Shown here: in pieces, positions 1 to 9,500 of the stretch
Layout: each line of letters starts with the position of its first letter
Numbering within the stretch: the first letter of the stretch is position 1
From: Candidatus Bathyoplasma sp. NZ
GTDB lineage: Bacteria; Bacillota_I; Bacilli_A; MAG-NZ
Assembly: GCA_013332095.1 (NCBI GenBank)
Contig: JABENI010000010.1
Coordinates: 14,175-78,174 of the forward strand
DNA length: 64,000 nt
Direction of reading: 5' to 3'
Position numbers and translations under genes: made by a program
The notes under the pieces: generated by a model
What the model was told of the DNA's origin: nothing
The model's input: only the letters and a program-made list of their open reading frames with translations
Databases searched by the model: none

Positions 1-96
1 TTCATTTGTAATATTTATGTCTTTTTCAAAAGCTATTCCACGGTTTTTGTGGACCACTGTAAAGTTAGGACTTTTTTTAACTGGATAATTTACCAT
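1..96 (-). CDS. recU: Holliday-junction resolvase RecU, first 32 codons only (gene runs off the left edge)
   Basis: Reverse complement reads MVNYPVKKSPNFTVVHKNRGIAFEKDINITNE, preceded by AAGAGGTG (complement of 101-108). The NRG..E.D.N.TN pattern matches the RecU N-terminus as I recall it from Bacillus. Confidence 0.5.
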   Translation of the reverse strand, partial: MVNYPVKKSPNFTVVHKNRGIAFEKDINITNE

Positions 97-211
97 ATTT
101 CACCTCTTAATAAATTTTATCATAATTTGCTGTCATTTTATAGTATTTGATAATAGTCAAAATTTATTAAATATTTAATCAAAAAAATCATAAAATTAAT
201 GAGGTGAAAAA

Positions 212-1093
212 ATGAAAGAATTTATAATAGTTGGATTGAGTGTATTTTATATCTTTATTGCTTTAGTTGTAGATGATAAAATAGTTTTAGCAGACAGCCA
301 AGAAGTATATAACGAACTCCTGAAATATAAAGAAGAAAACGATATGTCAGCAATAGATGCAAGATGCGATAAAGTCTGGTTTAAAGTTCCTGGAATTAAA
401 GGAAAAAGTTTAAATATTAAAAAAAATTTAGCAGAAGGTAAAAGTCTAGAAGAAAATAATTTAGTTTTTGAAATAGTTGAGCCTAAAGTAAAAAGTAGTG
501 ATTTAAGTTGTGGACCAATATATAAAGGAAATGAAGAAAAAGAAGCAGTTAGCTTAATTATAAATGTCGCTTGGGGAGATGAATATGTTGAGCCGATGTT
601 AGATATTTTAAAAGAAAAAAAAGTAAAAGTTAATTTTTTTATTGAGGGAGTGTTCGCAAAAGAGCATCCTGAATTAGTTTATAAAATCTATCATGAAGGG
701 CATTTAATAGGTAATCATTCCTATAATCATCCTAATTTTTCTAAATTGACAGTTAAAGAGATAAAAAGGCAAATAGTTACTACTAATAATATATTGTCTA
801 ATATAATTTTAGATGATATTGAATACTTTGGTCCACCTAGTGGCGCCTATGATCAAAGAGTGGTCGAAGTAGCAAGCCAATTTAAGATGGAAACTGTTAT
901 TTGGAGTTTAGATACGATTGATTGGCAAAAACCATCGCAGGAAGTAATTATAGATAGAATTATTCCTAGACTGCACAACGGGGCTATTATTTTAATGCAT
1001 CCGACAGATAATACTGCATTAGCACTATCGGAAATGATCGATAAAATTTTAGTTAATTACGATATTGAACTACTAAGCAGTATAATTGTCTAG
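212..1093 (+). CDS. Polysaccharide deacetylase (NodB-type), YlxY/PdaB-like sporulation family, N-terminal membrane anchor
   Basis: 293-aa ORF with GAGGTG RBS. NodB-like motifs NHSYNHP and LMHP, hydrophobic N-terminus, located next to dpaA as ylxY is near spoVF in Bacillus. Confidence 0.75.
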   Translation: MKEFIIVGLSVFYIFIALVVDDKIVLADSQEVYNELLKYKEENDMSAIDARCDKVWFKVPGIKGKSLNIKKNLAEGKSLEENNLVFEIVEPKVKSSDLSCGPIYKGNEEKEAVSLIINVAWGDEYVEPMLDILKEKKVKVNFFIEGVFAKEHPELVYKIYHEGHLIGNHSYNHPNFSKLTVKEIKRQIVTTNNILSNIILDDIEYFGPPSGAYDQRVVEVASQFKMETVIWSLDTIDWQKPSQEVIIDRIIPRLHNGAIILMHPTDNTALALSEMIDKILVNYDIELLSSIIV

Positions 1094-1145
1094 AACTTGC
1101 TTTTTTATCTACATATATTAAATAGAGAGTTTATTTTAATTAGAG

Positions 1146-1880
1146 GTGATTTATTTGTATTTAATATTTGACAATGGTGATGCAAGATTAAGGTATTTAA
1201 AAGAAAGTTTACCAGAATCTATATTGACCAGTGAGAATGTAGATGATAGTTTAATTTATGATTTAATAATTCCTATTCAAGGAATTAATGTTAAGAATTT
1301 AATCGCAAAAACTAATGTTAGTTTATTTGATGTTTTAAATAAATATAAAATTAATAAAGTATTTGCACCTAAAATGCTAAATATTTATTATGATGTTATT
1401 CCATATTTAACTGATGAATTAGTGATAGGCAATTCTAAACTTACAGTAGAGAGTATGTTGCCTACTTTATATTCAAAATTGAATAGAACGTTGATAAATA
1501 TGAAAATAATAATTTTAGGGTATGGGTTTTTAGGACAAGTTTTGACTGATTATTTAATTAAATTAGATAGTGATGTTCAAGTTTATTCTAAAAATGAAAG
1601 AGATTTAAAAATTTTAACGGTAAAAGGGGTAAAAACATTAAGAACTGTCAATAATTTAGCAGCTGATGTAATAATTAATACTATACCAGCTAATATTGTG
1701 ATAAAGGAAAATGTAAAAGCAGAACTATTTATCGATTTAGCCAGTCCTCCGTACGGAATTGACAAAGATGTGAGTAAAACAATGGACAATTATTTACTGT
1801 TGCCAGCGTTACCGGGGAAGTGCCTGCCTAAGTCTGCTGGAGAATTGATTGGAAAAACAATTGCTGATTTAAATGATTGA
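1146..1880 (+). CDS. dpaA: Dipicolinate synthase subunit A-like (DpaA/SpoVFA)
   Basis: N-terminal NGDARLRYL resembles DpaA GGDAR. Rossmann motif ILGYGFLGQ. The start may be TTG at 1155 rather than GTG at 1146, because the RBS AGAGGTG overlaps 1146. Confidence 0.7.
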   Translation: MIYLYLIFDNGDARLRYLKESLPESILTSENVDDSLIYDLIIPIQGINVKNLIAKTNVSLFDVLNKYKINKVFAPKMLNIYYDVIPYLTDELVIGNSKLTVESMLPTLYSKLNRTLINMKIIILGYGFLGQVLTDYLIKLDSDVQVYSKNERDLKILTVKGVKTLRTVNNLAADVIINTIPANIVIKENVKAELFIDLASPPYGIDKDVSKTMDNYLLLPALPGKCLPKSAGELIGKTIADLND

Positions 1881-2745
1881 GGTAATTAAATTTGGTGGTA
1901 ATACACTGAATGATGAAAAAAAAATCAATTTAGCGATTGATTATTTAAAAGAGAAAGTAAAAAATAATATTAAGTTAATCGTAGTTACTAGTGCTTTTGG
2001 AAGATTAGGAGAACCGTATGCCACAGATACTTTAAAGTTACTACTTAAAAAAGTAGTTAAAAATGAGGAGTACGACAGATTGTTAAGTATTGGAGAAATA
2101 ATATCTTCAATAGTTTTAAGCAATTATTTACAGCATGAAAATTTAAAGGCAACTTCTATTTCGACAAAAGAATTGGGGCTTATTACTAATTGTGAATTTG
2201 GTGATAGTACGGTTTTAGAAATAAAAAGCAATTTAACGGAATATTTAAAAGATAATGATATTGTAGTAGTACCAGGCTTTCAAGGTGTTACTGCTGATGG
2301 GAAAATTACTACTTTAGGTAGAGGAGGTTCTGATTATACGGCAAGTATTTTAGCCAATAAATACGGTGCTGTTTTAGAAATAATATCAGATGTGTCTGGT
2401 ATTTATTCAGTTGATCCTAAAATAGTAAAAACGGCGAAGTTAATTCCTAAAATAACCCATAGGCAGTTGTTGAATATTTCTCAATCTGGCTCGAAAATAA
2501 TGCATGCGAAAGGTGCTGAATACTGTTTAGAAAATAAGATTAATTTTAAATTTTGTTCTTTGAATAATTTAGATGATTTTACAATTAATGGTGAGAATAA
2601 TGACTTTTTTAATATTACATATAGTAAAGAAGAAAATTCGACAATAACTGTATTTTATAACGGTGAAAAGATAATACATCAAGTAGAAAAAAGTAATCTG
2701 TATGATTTTATCAATCACTTACATAATAATTATATAAGTTTATAA
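1873..2745 (+). CDS. Aspartate kinase, unusually short (290 aa; regulatory ACT region reduced)
   Basis: KFGG N-terminal amino-acid-kinase motif and LGRGGSDYTA motif. The start overlaps the dpaA stop (ATGATTGA). Confidence 0.75.
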   Translation: MIEVIKFGGNTLNDEKKINLAIDYLKEKVKNNIKLIVVTSAFGRLGEPYATDTLKLLLKKVVKNEEYDRLLSIGEIISSIVLSNYLQHENLKATSISTKELGLITNCEFGDSTVLEIKSNLTEYLKDNDIVVVPGFQGVTADGKITTLGRGGSDYTASILANKYGAVLEIISDVSGIYSVDPKIVKTAKLIPKITHRQLLNISQSGSKIMHAKGAEYCLENKINFKFCSLNNLDDFTINGENNDFFNITYSKEENSTITVFYNGEKIIHQVEKSNLYDFINHLHNNYISL

Positions 2746-2763
2746 GAATTTTAAAAAAATGTA

Positions 2764-2772
2764 TGTTATAAT
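2764..2772 (+). promoter_or_regulatory. Candidate extended -10 promoter (TGtTATAAT) for RNase J
   Basis: TGTTATAAT about 45 nt upstream of the 2817 start; no strong -35 noted. Confidence 0.35.
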
Positions 2773-2816
2773 GGCGATAATGCTTTTTAAAAGAATACTA
2801 ATAAAAGGAGAAAATA

Positions 2817-4487
2817 ATGAGCACAATTAAAGTTTTTGCGTTAGGTGGACTAGGAGAGATAGGAAAAAATATGTTTGTCATTGAAGTTGATGAGAAAATT
2901 TTTGTATTAGAAGCTGGAAGTCAAAACCCACCGACAGAAATGTATGGAATAGACGCAATATTCCCAGATATAAGATATTTAGTGGCAAATAAAGAACGGA
3001 TTCAAGGTATTTTTATTTCCCATGGACATGAAGATAGAATAGGGGCAATATCGGAAGTTTTAAAAAATATTAAAGTTAATATTTATGCATCAAAATTTAC
3101 AATGAATGTTTTAAAAGATTGTTTCACTTCAAGTGAGGCAGAATTGTATAGCAAAAATTTAAAAATTATAACAGAAGATAAGAAGTTGAAGTTTGGAAAC
3201 ATAACTGTGGAGTTTTTTAAAACAACACACAGTATACCAGAATCGTTAGGAACTGTCATATCTACTGAAGACGGTTGTATTGTTTATACTGGAGATTATA
3301 CCTTTAATACGCATGTAAAAAAAAGTTATAAAACTTCGTATGATAAAATATCAGCGTTAAAAAGCAGAAAAGTTTTATGTTTGTTAGCAGATAGTACAGG
3401 TTGTGGTTATCAATCAACTGGGGAAAGTAATTATTTATTAGAACACAGTTTAGATGAATCAATTAGGTCGAGTAGGAGAATCTTGATTACCGCTTTTAGT
3501 AATGAATTAGATAAAATTCAAACGGCTATTGATATTGCCTTAAAGTATGATAGAAGAATTGCCATTATCGGTAGAAAAGCTCAGAGAATTGTGGATGTGG
3601 CTATAAATTTAGGCTATTTATCAATTCCAAAAGAAAAGTTGTATAAATTAAAGTTTGTTGATGGTAAAGTTGATAATTATGCTGATGATTTAGTAGTTTT
3701 AATTACCGGTGATAGACATGAACCTTATTATATGCTTCAAAGAATTGGTAGAAAATTAGACAAATTAATTCATTTGGATAAGAGAGATACCGTTGTTATT
3801 ATCACGACTCCTCATCCAGGGGTAGAAAAAATGGCAGCTAATACAATCGATTTAGTTTATAAGTCAGGAGCCAATATCAAAATAGTTAACAATAAATTAT
3901 TGAGAGGCTCACATGCTTCAGTTCACGATACTAAATTATTTTACAATTTAGTTGAGCCGGAATATGTAATTCCAGTAATTGGAGAATATAGACATCAGTA
4001 TGCGCAATATGAAGCAGCAAAAGAATATGGATTTACTGAAGATAAAATCGTTTTGTTAGAAAACGGTGAAGTAGCAACATTTGTAGACGGTGTTAAAGAA
4101 GAGACAACGACTAAAATTGAAACAGGTGATGTTTTAGTAGATGGATCGATGATCGGCGATATAAATGCAGTAGTATTAAAAGATCGTGATTCATTAGCTA
4201 ATGAAGGTATTTTAATTATTATTGGAAACATTGATGCGAGAAAAAAACTAATTTATGGTACGCCTGAAGTTCTTGCACCGGGCTTTATTTTAGAAAGAGA
4301 TTTTCCGGAAGTATTTAAACGTTTAAGAGAAATTTATGTGGAACTTAGTCAAGAGCATTTTGATAAAAAATACATTGATTGGTCTTCTTTGAAGCAAGAC
4401 ATAAAAGATAAGATACAAAAGCATATTATGGATGAAATTGGCATTAAAACGCACGTGTTGCCTGTATTAATTGACACACTTACGTAA
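2817..4487 (+). CDS. rnj: Ribonuclease J (J2-like; metallo-beta-lactamase/beta-CASP)
   Basis: 556 aa, MSTIKVFALGGLGEIGKNM N-terminus typical of RNase J. Motif II reads HGHEDR instead of HGHEDH. Sits after dapG-like aspartokinase, as rnjB does in Bacillus. Confidence 0.9.
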   Translation: MSTIKVFALGGLGEIGKNMFVIEVDEKIFVLEAGSQNPPTEMYGIDAIFPDIRYLVANKERIQGIFISHGHEDRIGAISEVLKNIKVNIYASKFTMNVLKDCFTSSEAELYSKNLKIITEDKKLKFGNITVEFFKTTHSIPESLGTVISTEDGCIVYTGDYTFNTHVKKSYKTSYDKISALKSRKVLCLLADSTGCGYQSTGESNYLLEHSLDESIRSSRRILITAFSNELDKIQTAIDIALKYDRRIAIIGRKAQRIVDVAINLGYLSIPKEKLYKLKFVDGKVDNYADDLVVLITGDRHEPYYMLQRIGRKLDKLIHLDKRDTVVIITTPHPGVEKMAANTIDLVYKSGANIKIVNNKLLRGSHASVHDTKLFYNLVEPEYVIPVIGEYRHQYAQYEAAKEYGFTEDKIVLLENGEVATFVDGVKEETTTKIETGDVLVDGSMIGDINAVVLKDRDSLANEGILIIIGNIDARKKLIYGTPEVLAPGFILERDFPEVFKRLREIYVELSQEHFDKKYIDWSSLKQDIKDKIQKHIMDEIGIKTHVLPVLIDTLT

Positions 4488-4558
4488 ACAATATAGTATG
4501 CATTTTAATGTTTGTTTTTTGTAACTAACTGTTAAATTTATGTAATTTACATTAAATC

Positions 4559-4588
4559 TTAACAAAAGTTAAAAAAATTCTGTATAAT
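4559..4588 (+). promoter_or_regulatory. Candidate sigmaA-type promoter of lipoprotein gene A
   Basis: TTAACA, 18 nt spacer, TATAAT. The homologous segment recurs upstream of lipoprotein gene B. Confidence 0.35.
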
Positions 4589-4619
4589 ATATATATCTTA
4601 AGAAAGAGGTAAAAAAAGT

Positions 4620-5363
4620 ATGAAAAAAATAATGTTTTTAATTATGGCATTAATGTTAGTAGGATGTAAAGTAGATTCACCAGAAACAATTAGTGAAGAA
4701 TATTTATTTGAAACAGATGATTTAGGATTCGTGGCTGATATCGCGGATGTACCAACAAATTATGCGGATGCAAATTATGGCTTAGTTAATACAGTAGGAG
4801 CGGTTCCTGTTGCTAGTACTGCTGGTGGTGGGTTCAGTGACCCTGGCATAAATGCGTACTGGTTAACCGTTGATAATCATAGTGATGATGCGTTTAATTA
4901 TATCTATAAAAAATTAGAAGGATTAACTGCAAATACTACATTTAAGGGGACGTTAACTGTTAAAGGAATGACTCCTTATGATAAAAACTCAATGGGCATT
5001 GGTGGTTCACCAGCATCAAGTGTTTTCGTCAAAGCAGGTGTTATTTCAGCAGATCCAGTGCCAACAACTGTGCCAACAGGTGGTGTTGATTATTACAGAA
5101 TAACAACTTTTGATAAAGGAAATCAATCTAATTCAGGTGCTGATTTAGCTACAGTAGGTACGTTGGCTGATGATCAAATTGCTATTGAAGGAACTGAATA
5201 TTTCAAAGTTAATTATACAGTGGAAGTTGAATTTACTACAGATACAGATGGAAATGCTTATATTGTAGTAGGTTATGATTCAGGATTTGAAGGAGTAAAT
5301 ATCTTCGGTATTACTGAAATTAAGTTAGATGCAACTGAAGAAATTGAAACAGATGAAGAATAA
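4620..5363 (+). CDS. Lipoprotein of unknown family (paralog A)
   Basis: Signal peptide with lipobox LVGC. About 60% identical by eye to the 5632-6369 product. Acidic C-terminal tail. Confidence 0.8.
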   Translation: MKKIMFLIMALMLVGCKVDSPETISEEYLFETDDLGFVADIADVPTNYADANYGLVNTVGAVPVASTAGGGFSDPGINAYWLTVDNHSDDAFNYIYKKLEGLTANTTFKGTLTVKGMTPYDKNSMGIGGSPASSVFVKAGVISADPVPTTVPTGGVDYYRITTFDKGNQSNSGADLATVGTLADDQIAIEGTEYFKVNYTVEVEFTTDTDGNAYIVVGYDSGFEGVNIFGITEIKLDATEEIETDEE

Positions 5364-5384
5364 TAAGTTTTTCAAAATATAAAA

Positions 5385-5415
5385 AAAGAAGAATAGAGAA
5401 ATCTATTCTTTTTTT
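5385..5415 (+). terminator. Rho-independent terminator
   Basis: GAATAGA-gaaa-TCTATTC hairpin followed by a T-run; almost identical to 6389-6420. Confidence 0.7.
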
Positions 5416-5575
5416 ATTATCAAGGGAATAGATTGTATAATTAAATTTTTTTATGAATCAAATTGAAATTATGACACATGTATTATGTATTAATTGATAT
5501 GCTAGATAAATAATATTGCATATATTTTTGTGGTTGTTTTTAATAACTAACTGTCGAATAATGTTATGGTAAATT

Positions 5576-5604
5576 TTGCAAAAGTTAAAAAAATATTATA
5601 TAAT
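5576..5604 (+). promoter_or_regulatory. Candidate sigmaA-type promoter of lipoprotein gene B
   Basis: TTGCAA, 17 nt spacer, TATAAT. Confidence 0.4.
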
Positions 5605-5631
5605 ATATATATTAAAAAAGAGGAAAAAAAT

Positions 5632-6369
5632 ATGAAAAAAATAATGTTTTTAATTATGGGATTAATGTTAGTAGGATGTGGAATAGAAGATCTTGAAATA
5701 CCAGAAATGATTGATGAAAGGTATGTATTTGAAACAGATGATTTAGGATTCGTGTCTGATATTGCGGAGGTACCAACAAATTATAACGAAGAAGGCTCTT
5801 ATGACTTAGTTAATTCAGTAGGAGAGTATCCTTTAACTGCTACTAGTATATTTAGTGACCCTGGCAGAAATGCGTACTGGTTAACAGTTTATAATCGTAG
5901 GGGAGAAGCATTTAATTATATCTATAAAAAATTAGATGGGTTAAGTGCAAATACTAATTATAAGGGTATGTTAACTGTTACTGGAATGACTCCTTATGCA
6001 GCAGACACAATGGATATTGCTAATTCATCAATAGAAAGTGTCTTCATCAAAGCAGGTATTATTTCAACAGAACCAGTGCCAACAATTGATGAGGATAATT
6101 ATTATAGAATTACAACTTTTGATAAAGGAAGTCAATCTGATTCAGGTGCTGATTTAGCTGTAGCAGGTACGTTAGTTGATAACCAAATTGCTATTGATGG
6201 AACTGATTATTTCGAAGTTATTTATTTTGTGAATCTTGATTTTACTACAGATGCAGATGGAAATGCTTATATTGTAGTAGGTTATGATTCAGGATTTAAA
6301 GGATTAAATATCTTTGGTATTACTGAAATTGCGTATTTCCTTGATCAAACTGGAATTAATAAAGAATAA
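5632..6369 (+). CDS. Lipoprotein of unknown family (paralog B)
   Basis: The track ORF starts at 5566, but ATG 5632 has the AAGAGGAAA RBS and gives MKKIMFLIMGLMLVGC, collinear with paralog A. Confidence 0.8.
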   Translation: MKKIMFLIMGLMLVGCGIEDLEIPEMIDERYVFETDDLGFVSDIAEVPTNYNEEGSYDLVNSVGEYPLTATSIFSDPGRNAYWLTVYNRRGEAFNYIYKKLDGLSANTNYKGMLTVTGMTPYAADTMDIANSSIESVFIKAGIISTEPVPTIDEDNYYRITTFDKGSQSDSGADLAVAGTLVDNQIAIDGTDYFEVIYFVNLDFTTDADGNAYIVVGYDSGFKGLNIFGITEIAYFLDQTGINKE

Positions 6370-6388
6370 ATAAATATTTCATATATAA

Positions 6389-6420
6389 AAAAAGAAGAAT
6401 AGAGAAATCTATTCTTTTTT
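6389..6420 (+). terminator. Rho-independent terminator (copy of 5385-5415)
   Basis: Same GAATAGA/TCTATTC hairpin plus T8. Confidence 0.7.
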
Positions 6421-6514
6421 TAATTGTTATGGAATAAATTGTAATTTTTTAGTATAATTAAATTAAAGATTTATGAAATTTAAATAAAGATGTCAAAAAA
6501 AGAGGAATCAGATT

Positions 6515-9500
6515 ATGGAAAATGAAGAAAAAGAAAAAAAAGAAAAAGTGGAAAAAGAAAAACCAAAAGAAGGAAAATTGAAATATTTAACTCCAATAAT
6601 ATTATCAGATGAAGAAATCAAAAATGATGTATTTTTTCAGCATTTAGATAATGCGTTAAAAAAAGAAGGTATTAATAATATTGCAGTCTCAGGTCATTAT
6701 GGATCTGGTAAAAGTACCAAAATATTAACCTACTGTGAGAAATTTATAAAAAATACGCCTAAAGAAGTTAAAGATGCAAAATTAGGCGTATCTGGCAAAC
6801 ATAAAATAATATCATTAGCAAAGTTTTCAAATGAAAAAGAAGATGATAAAAAAGAAGATAGCAAATTAGAACTCGAATATTGTTTACTCGAACAATTATT
6901 TTACACGGTTGATAAAGAAACAGTATCAAAATCAAAATTTAGACCATCTGTATCTATATCAAAAGTTAAAGTAGCAATATTGAGTTTGATTTTCACAATA
7001 TGTTTAATGACTATTTCACATCTATTTCATAATGATAAAGAGTTAAATACAATTTTAATTGATGGAAATAATATTTTTAAACAAAATAGTATAAAATTAT
7101 CGGGAATATTAGGAGTGGGTATAATATTATTTTTCATGATATGCTTCGTACTTTATTTGTTAATTAAACTTCTGACTGAAAAAAAATTTAAATCTATCTC
7201 AACACCATTTTTTAATATCCAGAGTCAAGACAACAAAGATCTTCAATATTCCCTATTTGATTATTATTTAGAAGATGTAATACTTTATTTTAACCAAACT
7301 AAAATAAAATATTTATTTATTGAAGATATTGATAGGTTTGATGATTTGAACATTTACACTAAATTGAGAGAGTTAAATAAAATAATTAACGAATCAAGAA
7401 AACCAAAAGATAAAAAAGTAAAATTTATTTATTCTTTAAGAGATGATATTTTTAAAGATATTAACAATCATTTGAGAACAAAGTTTTTTGATGCAATTAT
7501 ATCAATAGTTCCGATTGTTTCGTGTTTTAATTCTGCAGATAAAATGCATGAATATTTTTTAAATTGTGATTTTGGACCGGAGAAAAAAGTTATTAATGAT
7601 TTAATTTTTTACATATCTGATTTAAGAACTATTAACTCTATATACAACGATTACCTTATTTATTATCAAAGTATAATTGGTAAAGAAGGTGCAACTGGTG
7701 AAAATCTTGACATATTTAAAAATAAACTTTTCTGTATGATGATTTATAAAAATGTTTTTTATAATGATTTCTTTAAAGCAACCAACCAGACAGGATTTTT
7801 AGCTTGGGTGAAAAAATTTAAAGAAACTATGTTCAACCATAATAATAAAAATAAAAATAATTCGGATATTGATTTCAATAAGATGACATATAAACAAATT
7901 ATAGATGAATACAATGGTGATTTTAAGAAAAAAATTACGGTTGCATATAATGACTATCTAAAATTTGAAAAAAAAAATAATGCCAAAAAAGATGACTACA
8001 TAAATTATGAAACTAGGCATATTGATTTGATTTTCAGTATGATTATTAATGAATATTTAGATGAAAACTATCTGGAATATATTTCGAAACTTCCTAGTGG
8101 TTTTACAGTAAATGATATGAAATTTTATAGTAATATTATTTCAGATGGAGAGCCTTTATACGATATTAAAATATCAAATTATAGAAGTGTTATGAAGAGA
8201 ATAAGTGCTGATAAGTATGATAGAAAAGCAATTATAAATAGTAGTTTTTTACTTTCAGTGCTAAAAGATTACGAAGAGGACTATCCCATTGTATATAAAC
8301 CGTTTTGTAAAAATGATTTGGATCTAAACGATGAAAGAAATTTAAATGTATTTAATAATATTGTGAAATCATCATATTTTTATAGAGTAATCAATAATTT
8401 TGATGCTAGTGTGTACAAAAGAATTAATAAAGATAAAATTTGGATTGCAATTATAAATAGGAGATTATTAGATTATAAAAAAGAATCAATAAATTTTGAA
8501 AGTTGGAAAGATTTTTTTTCTAAAGAAGAAATAATTCAAAAAATATCAACTCCCAATATTATTAATCAAATAATTCTTTCAACTAATGAAATATTTGATG
8601 ATTCAAAAAAACTGCAAAATATCATTAAAAAGATACCAAATATTGAATCACTTGGTAAAATTAGAAAAATGTCAAGTACTATCAATAAAAAACCAACACC
8701 AAATAGTGAATTTGCTTTTTTTGGTGAAATTGTCTTGAGTGAGACAGATTGGAAGTTTATATTGAGTATTATTTATATAGAAAAACTAGATACCATAAAA
8801 AGTAAAGACCTCAGAAACAGGATTATCAAAAAAAATTCATATCGCAAATCATCAGAAAATATGGATTTTATACTAGATAAAAATAAAGCAGATTTAAATA
8901 AATTATGTGAAGTTTATGAGCACAAGGAAAATGATGTTATAATTTTAACTATTGAATCAAATTTTAAAGAATTCTTGTTGTATACTTCTAAAAATTCAAA
9001 TAATGTTAAGGATGAAAATATATTGAAAATTTTAGAGCGTGATTTTGGTGAAGATAGTCAAGATTTGAAAATGGAAATAATTAAAAATATAGAAAATTTA
9101 AAGTTAAAATTGGAGGATATTAGACACTTATCCGAGTATGAAAAAATTAAAATTAAGGTTATAGAAGATAACAAAGTTCATTTTACTTTATCAAACTTTC
9201 AAAATTTGGACCAAATGTATGAAGAACTAATAAATTATTTAGTTAAAGATGAAGAAACTACTTTTAGTAAACTGAAAGAAATTTTTAAAAATTCTGAAGA
9301 TGAAGAAAAAAAAGCTAAATATAGTATAACGTTATATTACGAATTAATGAAAAGATTAAAACATGATAATCATAAAAATTACATAGAGATTAATGAATTA
9401 TTTAAAAAATATATAATTAATAATATAGAAAATTATTTTGATGTTAATGACGATGTGAAATATGGTTTTGATATTAAAGGCGATATAAAATTTGATTCTG

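Noticed and set aside
5566-5631. N-terminal extension of lipoprotein B in the ORF track
   Set aside because: ATG 5632 with RBS gives a canonical lipoprotein signal peptide collinear with paralog A. The extension covers the promoter region.
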